39,981 nt of DNA from a virus (IMGVR_UViG_3300013307_000673); one strand, 5' to 3'; shown: positions 17,301 through 26,014, counted from the stretch's first letter. Translations and numbers: made by a program. Notes: generated by a model from the letters alone, not told the origin.

Positions 17301-17567
17301 CTATTTATTTTTATACTTCATTACACAAACTAGGGTGTTATCATTGTTATCCCCACCCATATCCTTAAATGACGCTCTAAGTTTCACTGATGTAGGAGGC
17401 TCATTATCCACAACCTTCCCATCAAACTTATAACTGTCAACACTACCATCTGGTTTAACGCAAACCAAATAACCAATAGGTTTAGTTCTATGTCTAGGGT
17501 CAGGGAGTGATTTAGATAAATAAAACGAAACAAACAACATACCTAATACTAAAATAAATATTCTCAT
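17301..17567 (-). CDS. membrane-anchored two-cysteine protein, family B
   Basis: N-terminal hydrophobic helix; PIGYLVCVKPDG...SFKDMGG...VC. Confidence 0.75.
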   Translation of the reverse strand: MRIFILVLGMLFVSFYLSKSLPDPRHRTKPIGYLVCVKPDGSVDSYKFDGKVVDNEPPTSVKLRASFKDMGGDNNDNTLVCVMKYKNK

Positions 17568-17597
17568 TTTAAAATAACCTATTAAATTTCCGTATAT

Positions 17598-17930
17598 TTA
17601 TTTATCAGTGTATAGATGGTAGTTATACAATCCTGAAACTCTTTTACCTTTCAATCCAGTAATAAAACAGTTTTCCGTTCCTGTACGGTATACGGTTCCT
17701 TCTTTATCCATAATCTCAACAGCACCTCCTTGAAAGATATCTCTGGCGCTGACAAAATCATTATCAAACATTTTCTGACCATTGAGATAACAGACAGCAT
17801 GACCTCTTACACTTGCCGTAGCAATATCAGATTGCTTTTTATTTTCTGATTTCTCATCTTCCGATGGAGCGAGAAAACAACCCGACAACATAAAAACAAC
17901 AACTGCAACCAAAATGGATTGAATCTTCAT
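17598..17930 (-). CDS. lipoprotein, two-cysteine family B
   Basis: lipobox LSGC; AVCYLNG...IMDKEG...NC. Confidence 0.8.
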   Translation of the reverse strand: MKIQSILVAVVVFMLSGCFLAPSEDEKSENKKQSDIATASVRGHAVCYLNGQKMFDNDFVSARDIFQGGAVEIMDKEGTVYRTGTENCFITGLKGKRVSGLYNYHLYTDK

Positions 17931-17972
17931 AAAACCTTGCCCTTTTTAATGATTAAAGGCATCTCTGCCGGA

Positions 17973-18347
17973 TTATTTGCGATAAACTACCTGACGCACT
18001 ACAATACCAAAGCGATCTTTGAAGTTTTGCTTAGCCGTCATCATACGCTGAACCGCTCCGGCATTATCGCTGTGGATAATAATCTCTTTCAGGTTAGGCA
18101 TTTTACCCTGATACACGAGACGCTCAATTGCATTGAAAATATGATAGCCCTGACGATCCTTTTCGTCTGACAGATCATTATCCAGATGAATTCGCTCTAA
18201 CGCCTTAGCGTTGCGCACAACGAACTTAAAGCCACTTTCGTAAGTCTTCAGCCAATGCAGACCTACAAAGTCGTTTTTCTCTGTCAGAAAATCAGTTGGA
18301 TTACGAAGGTCATCAACCCAAACAGCTTTAATCGGTGGAAAGTTCAT
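17973..18347 (-). CDS. cyclic-phosphate-processing receiver domain protein
   Basis: VWVDDLR.P, IHLDNDL, GY, IIIHSDN..A..RM motifs. Confidence 0.8.
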   Translation of the reverse strand: MNFPPIKAVWVDDLRNPTDFLTEKNDFVGLHWLKTYESGFKFVVRNAKALERIHLDNDLSDEKDRQGYHIFNAIERLVYQGKMPNLKEIIIHSDNAGAVQRMMTAKQNFKDRFGIVVRQVVYRK

Positions 18348-18355
18348 TTTGATTC

Positions 18356-18553
18356 CTATTTCATTAAGTCTTTAAAAATTGCTTTACCAAGCTCGGTATA
18401 GCTCATAAAATGCTTGCGCTCAATCTTCGCTCCTGCCATAGAAAAAAAGACAAGCACCATGTTGAACAATAATGGCATTGCCAACAAGGTAAGACAGGCA
18501 ATAATGCAAAAGTCTATTACTGTTTCAGGCAATGCAAAACCAAAGTAAATCAT
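18356..18553 (-). CDS. small membrane protein
   Basis: hydrophobic N-half; GAGGG RBS; TTGCAC-17-TATAAT promoter upstream. Confidence 0.7.
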   Translation of the reverse strand: MIYFGFALPETVIDFCIIACLTLLAMPLLFNMVLVFFSMAGAKIERKHFMSYTELGKAIFKDLMK

Positions 18554-18664
18554 TTTACATCCCTCGTTTATTCACGTTGCAGCCATTATAAAGACAACCT
18601 TAATCAAGTGCAAGCCTTTTCTTTGCAACAAAAAAGGCCGCTCTGCGACCTCTTTGGTTTTATG

Positions 18665-18949
18665 TTAAGCATGATACAGTGGTAAAACGCCTTTTAGCTT
18701 CAAGTCCAGCGCTGTAGATTTTTCTATTTGCGTAATTTCTCGCAGCCTGCCTGAGATCTCACCACCAAAGAAGTAAAAAATATCTCCTAACGCTGTGGAT
18801 TCAACCTGCGCTTCCCCACGCCACTCATGCTTTAAAAGATCAATAACTCTTTCTTCTGCAGCTTTTGCGGTAGATGCTTCAATCATAAAAATATCCTCTG
18901 ACTGATATTCGCCATTTCTTTCTTCAACCTTCGCAACAAAATAACTCAT
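18665..18949 (-). CDS. hypothetical protein, paralog family C
   Basis: MSYF.AK.E.R.GE...EA.TA..A shared with next gene. Confidence 0.8.
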   Translation of the reverse strand: MSYFVAKVEERNGEYQSEDIFMIEASTAKAAEERVIDLLKHEWRGEAQVESTALGDIFYFFGGEISGRLREITQIEKSTALDLKLKGVLPLYHA

Positions 18950-18977
18950 AAACACCTCATTCTTTTAAAATAAATGA

Positions 18978-19244
18978 TTACATCAGGCCTTTAGCACGAA
19001 GCTCTTCACCTACCGCATCACTCAGAAGAGTAACGTCATCTTTAAAGGTGATTAGAGATGTGCCGTAATCCAGCTCTACCTGCTTATCTTCTTCATTGAC
19101 CTCAGTCACATCACCAAAATAATCTTTGAGATATTCCCATGCCGCTACTTTCGCCTGTTCAGCGGTTTCAGCTTTTACCATATATTTGAAGGTTGTTTCA
19201 GTTTCGCCAGTGCGTTTTTCTGCTTTACAAAAGAAATATGACAT
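18978..19244 (-). CDS. hypothetical protein, paralog family C
   Basis: tandem paralog of 18665-18949. Confidence 0.8.
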   Translation of the reverse strand: MSYFFCKAEKRTGETETTFKYMVKAETAEQAKVAAWEYLKDYFGDVTEVNEEDKQVELDYGTSLITFKDDVTLLSDAVGEELRAKGLM

Positions 19245-19256
19245 GTGATTCCTCGC

Positions 19257-19682
19257 TTATTTGATATTAAAAATGGTTTTAAAACAGCTTATTACTTTAT
19301 CAGTGTTGATATCGTAATCCGAGATTTCTTCATTAAACTGAGCCAGCATGACGTTGAAGTCCTTTAAACTATAAGAATCTGAGTAAAGACTTCTCTTCTT
19401 ATTCGCTTTAACCATGCCTGATGCATTATAGGTGAAGTCTTCAAGTTCAACTATCATTGCTCGAACAGACTCATCAGTCTGACCTTCATGCTTAATCAAA
19501 AAACCTACTTTTTCAAAATTACTGGTTCTGATCGGAAGAAAGATAAAACGCTCTGAATCAATAACATCTTCCTTAAAAGAAAGCTCGAAAGCTTCTTTTT
19601 GCTTACGCATAATCGGTATCTGTTTTAAGTCAGAGTAATGACAAGAAAACTTTTCAATCGCTGATATCTTAACGTCACTCAT
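19257..19682 (-). CDS. hypothetical protein, probable distant member of family A
   Basis: LYSDSYSLKDFNVMLAQFNEEI aligns with YYSAPMSFEVFSEKLREFNRSL. Confidence 0.75.
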   Translation of the reverse strand: MSDVKISAIEKFSCHYSDLKQIPIMRKQKEAFELSFKEDVIDSERFIFLPIRTSNFEKVGFLIKHEGQTDESVRAMIVELEDFTYNASGMVKANKKRSLYSDSYSLKDFNVMLAQFNEEISDYDINTDKVISCFKTIFNIK

Positions 19683-19949
19683 CTTTTTCTCTCTCCCTTA
19701 CGATGAAAATATTATAGCAAAGAGCTGCCTGCGTTACAACAAAAAAGGCGTTCTTTTTCTGTTTTTAAGCTGATTTTTTATCTATCAAATACAATTGCTT
19801 ACACTGCTATTTTAATAAAAGTGATAATGTTTTTCTATCATATGACCTCTCATGATATCGACAATCTTTAGATTTACTTTATTTTTTCATTGCGCTTCAT
19901 CTTGGCTTTCGATATAATGGCAACAAATAAACATGAAGAGAGAAAAGAT

Positions 19950-20144
19950 ATGTGTATGAAAATTAAAGATTGGCCCAACCATCCCGTTTACTTCTCACAG
20001 GAAGAAGCCCTTAAGCATGTTAAAGGCGGCGATCAGGTAGGTATTGGCTTCCCACTGGCGCATAATGTTTATCGCGTATCTGAAGGCAAAGATAAAGAAG
20101 GTAATGAGCAGAAAACGCTTAACTTTCAGTATCATTATATCTGA
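19950..20144 (+). CDS. small hypothetical protein
   Basis: TTGCGC-17-TATAAT promoter at 19890-19918; convergent terminator. Confidence 0.7.
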   Translation: MCMKIKDWPNHPVYFSQEEALKHVKGGDQVGIGFPLAHNVYRVSEGKDKEGNEQKTLNFQYHYI

Positions 20145-20177
20145 TTAAAAAACAGCAAAGGACCTATCAAAGGTCCT

Positions 20178-20393
20178 TTATTCTTCATCTAAGCTTCTAA
20201 AGTGTCCAGCGTTATCCATAAACTTAGACACTTCCTCCATACTTTCAGCATTTTCCGCTTTCCATTTTTCCTGCCACTCTTTTAACTTCACACGAACAGC
20301 CTCGTGAAGCAACTCTCCCGCATCGATATTTAAACGCTCCAGTATTTTCAACGTCTCAAGATCAGCTTTGATAACAACATCTATTTTCTTCAT
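20178..20393 (-). CDS. ccdA: CcdA family antitoxin-like protein (no ccdB adjacent)
   Basis: 71 aa; LNI...LL.EAVR ribbon-helix-helix part and KWKAENAESME..SKFM...G.F C-terminal motif. Confidence 0.7.
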   Translation of the reverse strand: MKKIDVVIKADLETLKILERLNIDAGELLHEAVRVKLKEWQEKWKAENAESMEEVSKFMDNAGHFRSLDEE

Positions 20394-20444
20394 AACGATA
20401 CCTTCTCAGCAATGGTTTAACTTACATGAGAAAAAACCACACCT

Positions 20445-20819
20445 TTTAAAACCGTTAATTACCTGATATGGCTTTTGTCCTACATGACCCTTTAAAGAAA
20501 TAAATCCAATAAGGCATTATTTTAGAAAAAATCAACATCTTCAGCTTGCATATACACCTCCACTTATTTTACCTATAAAGAATATCCTTTTTTTATAATA
20601 ACTCAAGTATTCCCATTTAAAACCGTAATTACCTGATATGGCTTTTGTCCTACATGACCTTTTAAAATAATAATCTTTCTGAAACATTAACTTAAATAAC
20701 TATTGGTGTTTTTCCACAAATAAGATTTAGTTATTCAAGACTCGCTTACATGCCTCAAGCTTTCCTTTTAAAAACCGTTAATTACCTGATATGGCTCCTG
20801 CCCTACCTGACCTTTTTAA
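20445..20819. repeat. three ~50 bp direct repeats separated by unique ~120 and ~100 bp spacers
   Basis: tttaaaaccgttaattacctgatatggcttttgtcctacatgacc at 20445, 20616 and 20767. Confidence 0.95.
20522..20551 (-). CDS. minigene MQAEDVDFF inside repeat spacer
   Basis: GGAGGTG RBS then ATG, 9 codons. Confidence 0.45.
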   Translation of the reverse strand: MQAEDVDFF

Positions 20820-21238
20820 TATCTACCATAGTCATAGGCAAGAAGCTGACCTTTTTTATTGTATCCAACCTGACCACAATCAACAAAGCCGATCCAGTCA
20901 GGCATTCCATCTATTGAATCGCATGGCTCAATGTATTCCATAATACAGCACACAAAGCCTTGTAACTCGATATAACGCGTTTTAGGATACTGGACATCAT
21001 CTTCATCGCCTTCATGCTTATTCGAGCATATAGAAGCTTCCCAATCGTTATCTGCGACACCTTCCTCATTAAGCGGAAACTTGATCACGTAGTTTCCACT
21101 TTTAAGCTTAAATACAGCTCTATTTCGGCCTGATCCTAATAGTGTGTAATGACGAGAAAGCACATCAAGGGCCTGACGTGCTTTTTTGTTTTGCTTATTC
21201 GTATCAAAGCAGATGTTTAATGCTGCAGGTGCAATCAT
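20816..21238 (-). CDS. minimal protein-kinase-like fold protein
   Basis: LGSGRNRAVF glycine loop, VIK, helix C Glu, MEY hinge, terminal DYG. Confidence 0.65.
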   Translation of the reverse strand: MIAPAALNICFDTNKQNKKARQALDVLSRHYTLLGSGRNRAVFKLKSGNYVIKFPLNEEGVADNDWEASICSNKHEGDEDDVQYPKTRYIELQGFVCCIMEYIEPCDSIDGMPDWIGFVDCGQVGYNKKGQLLAYDYGRY

Positions 21239-21239
21239 G

Positions 21240-21518
21240 TTATTTGGGGACCATAATGTATTTATCAATGGGATAACAGTTCAGAATCCACTCAGCTTTT
21301 TCGGCAGACTCATTTAAGAGCTTAACACCTTCTTCGGTAAGTTCTACCAGCTTAAAATCGCCTACGCGGGAATACTCATCGTCTCTGTCTCTGGTGTGAA
21401 TCCATGCTTTCTTAGCCTCACCTGCCTCAAGAGTATCAGCCAGCACATGACCATCAGGACGATCCCATGAGCCTTCATGCTCACGAACTTTTGCAATATA
21501 GCCAACGTCTTTTTTCAT
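21240..21518 (-). CDS. hypothetical protein
   Basis: AGGAGG RBS before ATG 21518; EHEGSWDRPDG. Confidence 0.8.
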   Translation of the reverse strand: MKKDVGYIAKVREHEGSWDRPDGHVLADTLEAGEAKKAWIHTRDRDDEYSRVGDFKLVELTEEGVKLLNESAEKAEWILNCYPIDKYIMVPK

Positions 21519-21607
21519 AAAGCCTCCTGTTAGATGTATTATGATATTATCATTTATATGACTTACAAGCAAATAAAAAAGCCACAGCATTCGCTATGGC
21601 TCTGTTT

Positions 21608-21940
21608 TTAACGCAACATTTTACAAAGGTTATTATCAGTAATAGAGTCTATATTATCGTATTGATAATACTCTTCGTAAGACTCATATCCTTGAAAATG
21701 CCAATGCTCTACATATCCTGACCAAACACCTTTTATGTAAATACAATACTCACCAACCACGGCGTGCCAATGAATAAATATATCCGAACTTCTTAAAGTA
21801 GAGTCTTTAGCCAGTATTAAATCACAAACAAACTTAAACTCAGTTTGCGATAAATCGTAGCTCTCATTCCACCAAATCCATTCGATATCAGACTCAAGAA
21901 TGCTATCTACTTCTTTTAAACTTATTTTATTTAATCTCAT
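21608..21940 (-). CDS. hypothetical acidic, aromatic-rich protein
   Basis: AGGAG RBS; terminator downstream. Confidence 0.7.
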   Translation of the reverse strand: MRLNKISLKEVDSILESDIEWIWWNESYDLSQTEFKFVCDLILAKDSTLRSSDIFIHWHAVVGEYCIYIKGVWSGYVEHWHFQGYESYEEYYQYDNIDSITDNNLCKMLR

Positions 21941-22142
21941 GTGCTTCTCCTATTATATTCGTGAGAATGTTTTTAACTGGTATCAAACATGAGCTTTTCC
22001 TTTTATTGAAATATGCTTTTATTAAACCATAAACCTTTTTCAAAATCAATCCTTAAAAAACACCAGAAAAGAGACTCTTTTGTTGTCATTAATTGGGGTT
22101 TTTGCTATAATATCCCTACTAACCAAGAGAGGATTATGACTT

Positions 22143-22523
22143 ATGAATCAGCATGACTTTGAGGCTATTACGATTAATGAAGACGACAGCGCTGCTGAAG
22201 GCTATAAGGTTCTTTCTTCCGGTGAGCAGCTTGCCAACTGGTTTGAAAATAAACAGGTTATCGCGCCTTCTTATAAAAATCCTGTAATGCTTGGTTTTCT
22301 CAATAATGTTTATGTTGATGAAGCGGAGCGCAATCAAGGCACTGGCACCTACCTGGTTGAGAGATTCATTGAGGAGTGTTTCGATTGTGATTTTATCTTT
22401 CTTGAATGCGACAACGAAGAAGGCAATGAGTTCGATCTCAAGGCATGGTATGAAGGATTTGGTTTTGAGGTTTTTATTGAGGCTGACAATCCCATTATGG
22501 TCCTGAGTAAAATATGCGATTAA
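22143..22523 (+). CDS. GNAT family N-acetyltransferase
   Basis: NVYVDEAERNQGTGTYL motif A and LKAWYEGFGF motif B; TGCTATAAT promoter. Confidence 0.9.
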   Translation: MNQHDFEAITINEDDSAAEGYKVLSSGEQLANWFENKQVIAPSYKNPVMLGFLNNVYVDEAERNQGTGTYLVERFIEECFDCDFIFLECDNEEGNEFDLKAWYEGFGFEVFIEADNPIMVLSKICD

Positions 22524-22557
22524 ACGCAATATAAGCCTCTTTTCAGAGGCTTTTGTT

Positions 22558-22965
22558 TTAAAGGTAATGACGAGTAAGGTATTTAATTAAATCCTCTGAG
22601 ACATCGAATGAGCACGCGAGTTTATAGCAACTATCTCTGCCTTCTCGTTGAACCAGCGTATGAAAGGCTTCTTGAGGAACCAAAATTTTAGCCGCCTGAA
22701 GATTAGCGTTAGTTCCTGATGTGAAGTCAGACACATAATACGCCCTTTTTAGCTGTTCCTTTTCTTTATCTGCGAGGATTCTTGCCACCGCAAAGCGTTG
22801 CCGATTAATACTTTCATTATCGTTTAACACAATCACGTTGTTATCAATCTGACACACGCCATCCAGAGCTTTCCACGATAAAGAAAAGCCCGCTTGCTCA
22901 GCAATAGCAAATACGTTTACTGGCAAGCGCCTGTCCCAATACTTTAGAAAAATCGACATACTCAT
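22558..22965 (-). CDS. ImmA/IrrE-like protein lacking HExxH
   Basis: WDRRLPVNVFAIA, RQRFAVARILA, KILVP, LACSFDVS. Confidence 0.75.
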   Translation of the reverse strand: MSMSIFLKYWDRRLPVNVFAIAEQAGFSLSWKALDGVCQIDNNVIVLNDNESINRQRFAVARILADKEKEQLKRAYYVSDFTSGTNANLQAAKILVPQEAFHTLVQREGRDSCYKLACSFDVSEDLIKYLTRHYL

Positions 22966-22988
22966 TCCTCACAAATGGTCCGAAGACA

Positions 22989-23753
22989 TTATTGATATAT
23001 AGTGAGATTATCACCAATTTTGATCGTTATCTTATTTCTCTCAACAAGCCAGAAATCATCTGCCGTCTTAAGATATTTAGTTATCTGGAAAACCATCTCA
23101 TCAATAAAGTGAAGAAGTTCCTTTATAAGATTTTTTTGCTTTTTATTGTTAAAAGCATTTCTCATTTTGTAGAACAATGCCATTTTTTCTTCTGTGTGAT
23201 AATGATGATTTTTACCACTTTCGTATTCATCTATTTTATTATTGATTCGAGCTTCAGTTTCCTTTAAATTTATAAACTCAATAGCGTGCTTCTCAAAAAT
23301 AACAATGTCATCTATTCTTGATTCATCGATATCCTCTTCAGGATCATACTCGAAAGCAGAAAAACCCGTGAAAAAGTTATACGGTTCTATCCCATTAAAA
23401 TCTTTTTCTTCTCTGTAAAGAGATATTCCTGCGTAATCATTTGCAAATAAAGAATATGAAAACTCCACTTCGGTAGCCAACATCATTTTTTGGATTTGCT
23501 TAGTAATCAAAAGCACTTTTTCAAGAGATGTTTCTTGTGGGTTTCTGTGCAGGCGTTCTTTGAAATCTTCAATAAGATCATACTCAAGCAACTTTTTAAG
23601 TTCATGTGTTGAGTTTACGCCAAGTATTTTTGAAAGGATAAGGCTTGCTTCATTGAGCTTGATGTCTTGACCTAAGACTTCTTTGAGGACCTTTTGTGTT
23701 CTTTTAGAATAACGAGAAAGGTTTTCGTGATTAATTTTTATTTCAGTTTTCAT
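22989..23753 (-). CDS. protein with N-terminal 'glyoxalase superfamily'-type helical (HTH-like) domain
   Basis: KR.QKVL...DIKLNEASLILSKILGVNSTHEL pattern. Confidence 0.55.
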   Translation of the reverse strand: MKTEIKINHENLSRYSKRTQKVLKEVLGQDIKLNEASLILSKILGVNSTHELKKLLEYDLIEDFKERLHRNPQETSLEKVLLITKQIQKMMLATEVEFSYSLFANDYAGISLYREEKDFNGIEPYNFFTGFSAFEYDPEEDIDESRIDDIVIFEKHAIEFINLKETEARINNKIDEYESGKNHHYHTEEKMALFYKMRNAFNNKKQKNLIKELLHFIDEMVFQITKYLKTADDFWLVERNKITIKIGDNLTIYQ

Positions 23754-23941
23754 AAATGACCTATAAAGGTATGGAAACGTATTCAAGTAGGAGACATTTT
23801 TTCAAAGATTAATATTTTGCGTGTTGATATCTGTTTGATTTAGCCATCTATGCCTACTTAGCAGGCTCTCAACAAAGCCTTTGAACATAATAAACCAAAG
23901 CATTACAAAAAGCAATAAAAAAGGGCCGAAGCCCTTTTGTT

Positions 23942-24814
23942 TTAAATTTCAGTCATCAACGCTTTAAGTTCTTCCCGTGCTTCACTCACATAGTTTTCAT
24001 CTACCGATATAAAATGAGCATCTTTAAACGTCAGGGCCAGCTCTGAGTGTGTAATCAGAATCACCTGCAGGTTCTGCGCTTTTACTTTCTGTTCAAGCTC
24101 ACGGAACCACTTAATCCGGCTTTTCAGGTCAAGCGCCGATTCTGGCTCATCAATCAAAACTGTTTTCTGGCCCTTTTCAATCGAGGCATCCAGCATTTTA
24201 TAGTTAACCTCATGAACACTATAACGCTGTAAATCTGTTAGATCATTACAATCAGCAGCATGAGCAATGCCTTTAACTTCAACTTTTTCAAAACTGCGCA
24301 CGCCATCCAGCACATCATTAACCAGCGCCATGCGATGCTTATTCTTATTGCCTGTAGAGCCTTTTACATTGATATGCTCATCTTTATGGGCTTCGAGATA
24401 CTCATAGCCAAAATGATGGGAATCATCAGCGTTAAAGCCACCTACAATATAACGTGGGTCACAAAACACGACAGGCTGACCATCATGGCTTACATGAAAC
24501 AACGCCTCTTTCGCCATAAAAGGAATATAGCCTTTACGAGAGTTACGTTCTTCCTCCGTAATTGAACGAACAAAGTTCTCATTTTGAAGTGATTGACGTG
24601 TAATACAGGAATATCCCCACTCACGACAATGCGTTGCCTTAGCCAGCATCTCCATCATAGTGGTTTTCCCAGCGCCATTACTGGCAAAGATTACATTCAA
24701 ACCTTCAGAAAAGGTGATAAGGCCTTCATTTTTGAACAAAGGAAGATCTTTAATGTAGCTGTATTGTTTTTCAATACCAAGCAGTGCGAGGTCAACCTGA
24801 AGCTGAGTTATCAT
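23942..24814 (-). CDS. ABC/AAA_21-type ATPase
   Basis: Walker A ASNGAGKTT, STG signature-like, Walker B VLIDEPESALD, H-loop ITHS. Confidence 0.85.
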   Translation of the reverse strand: MITQLQVDLALLGIEKQYSYIKDLPLFKNEGLITFSEGLNVIFASNGAGKTTMMEMLAKATHCREWGYSCITRQSLQNENFVRSITEEERNSRKGYIPFMAKEALFHVSHDGQPVVFCDPRYIVGGFNADDSHHFGYEYLEAHKDEHINVKGSTGNKNKHRMALVNDVLDGVRSFEKVEVKGIAHAADCNDLTDLQRYSVHEVNYKMLDASIEKGQKTVLIDEPESALDLKSRIKWFRELEQKVKAQNLQVILITHSELALTFKDAHFISVDENYVSEAREELKALMTEI

Positions 24815-24863
24815 CGTATTTCCTTTTAGTCATTAAAAAAGGGCCGAAGCCCTTTCGTTTATA

Positions 24864-25145
24864 TCAGATAGCAGCGCCACTGTAGTTTCGCTCAACATTA
24901 CCTGTTCCAGCAGGTTCTAGGTTAACCAGATCGTTGCGATAATGAACACCGCGAGTGCTACGCGTCAGAGGAGTCAGTTCATACTGACCCATGCCGTGGT
25001 TGAACAGAACAGAGTATACCGCGCCAGTTTTGATATTACGCATAGTCTGTGGCACTGAACACGCATTGAAGTTGATAGCATCAACTGCACGATGACTTTC
25101 ATTCACTACAGATTTAACAGTCTGACGCAGGGTAGTATTTTCCAT
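24864..25145 (-). CDS. hypothetical protein
   Basis: own promoter and UUCG terminator. Confidence 0.75.
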   Translation of the reverse strand: MENTTLRQTVKSVVNESHRAVDAINFNACSVPQTMRNIKTGAVYSVLFNHGMGQYELTPLTRSTRGVHYRNDLVNLEPAGTGNVERNYSGAAI

Positions 25146-25189
25146 TTTCAACTCTCTTTAAGTTAAGGATTAGGTTGTCTACGAAAAGA

Positions 25190-25218
25190 AGTATAGCAAA
25201 GCATCTTCTTATGCACAA
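25190..25218 (-). promoter_or_regulatory. sigma70 promoter, TTGTGCAT family
   Basis: TTGTGC-N17-TATACT. Confidence 0.8.
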
Positions 25219-25225
25219 CACTTTT

Positions 25226-25729
25226 TTACACAGAAATACCTTTTTCTTTGAACAACTCTAAAGCAGCTCGTTCAATATGCTTTCTTTTTATGTAAATAGA
25301 CTCTTCCGTCTGAGCTAACGCCCACGGCATTCCCGACATTAACACCACATCCAGCATCTCTTTATCGTTTAACTGGCAAAAGCTATCATAAACACCATGA
25401 ATCAACTGAATCAGTGCTGTCTCCTCAATAAGTGGAATGAAATATCCTTCGAACTCTCCATCAACACTATAGCGTTTTTGTGTTATTTCACAGGATAGCT
25501 CAGCGTTTCCAAACACGTCAACCTCCCTCATGATAGACTCATAGAAGGGACCAAACCGCGTAGACATGGTGAGATCTTCCACCAATCTTCTTTTCAGCGT
25601 CTCAGCACAGGCAACATCCGCAATATGCACATATTTAAGAATACGTCTGGAGTTTAAAACACCTATGCGCTTCTTACGATGATATTTGATTAACATATTC
25701 GCCACAGCAACTGCTGAATGAGAACTCAT
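25226..25729 (-). CDS. Panacea domain (SocA/DUF4065) antitoxin-like protein, divergent
   Basis: SAVAVANMLI, ILKYVHIA, FGPF, PW motifs; GGAGG RBS. Confidence 0.7.
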   Translation of the reverse strand: MSSHSAVAVANMLIKYHRKKRIGVLNSRRILKYVHIADVACAETLKRRLVEDLTMSTRFGPFYESIMREVDVFGNAELSCEITQKRYSVDGEFEGYFIPLIEETALIQLIHGVYDSFCQLNDKEMLDVVLMSGMPWALAQTEESIYIKRKHIERAALELFKEKGISV

Positions 25730-25743
25730 GAAACCTCCAGATG

Positions 25744-26014
25744 AAAAAAAGCCAGAAAAGTCTCCTTATCTGGCTTGGTCTTAAGTCAAACCTTATGACT
25801 TAATAAAATAGGTTGAAAGCAGAAAAACTTGTTGGGGCCATAGAGCCTATCCTTTCGGTCCACATGGGAAGCGTGGCTAGTATCGTCTCGTGCGACGGCT
25901 ATGTTCCTCTATTGTTTCTTACGCGTGTGCCTGTCGTTCTGCTTTCTGAAAGGAGAGTTCTACTGCCCGTAGAGCCGATGGCGCTGGCGGTATTCATCAC
26001 CAGTCTTCTCCTTG
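25744..26014 (-). ncRNA. putative ~270 nt multi-domain structured RNA
   Basis: TTGCAT-17-TATACT promoter (26021-26049), nested stems, GC-rich, terminator AAGCCAGA..TCTGGCTTTTTTT. Confidence 0.65.

Noticed and set aside
19950-20144. CcdB toxin partner of the CcdA-like gene
   Set aside because: Opposite strand, too short and no CcdB-like sequence
20445-20819. CRISPR array
   Set aside because: Repeats ~50 bp with 100-120 bp unequal spacers, only three copies, no cas genes in the window; reported as an unexplained repeat instead
23917-24855. Repeated aaaaagggccgaagcccttt flanking the ATPase gene as mobile element ends
   Set aside because: Both are ordinary UUCG-loop intrinsic terminators of the kind seen throughout the window
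25985-26005. Hammerhead ribozyme core in the 25.8 kb RNA
   Set aside because: Reads GUGAUGA rather than CUGAUGA and lacks a properly placed GAAA and cleavage triplet
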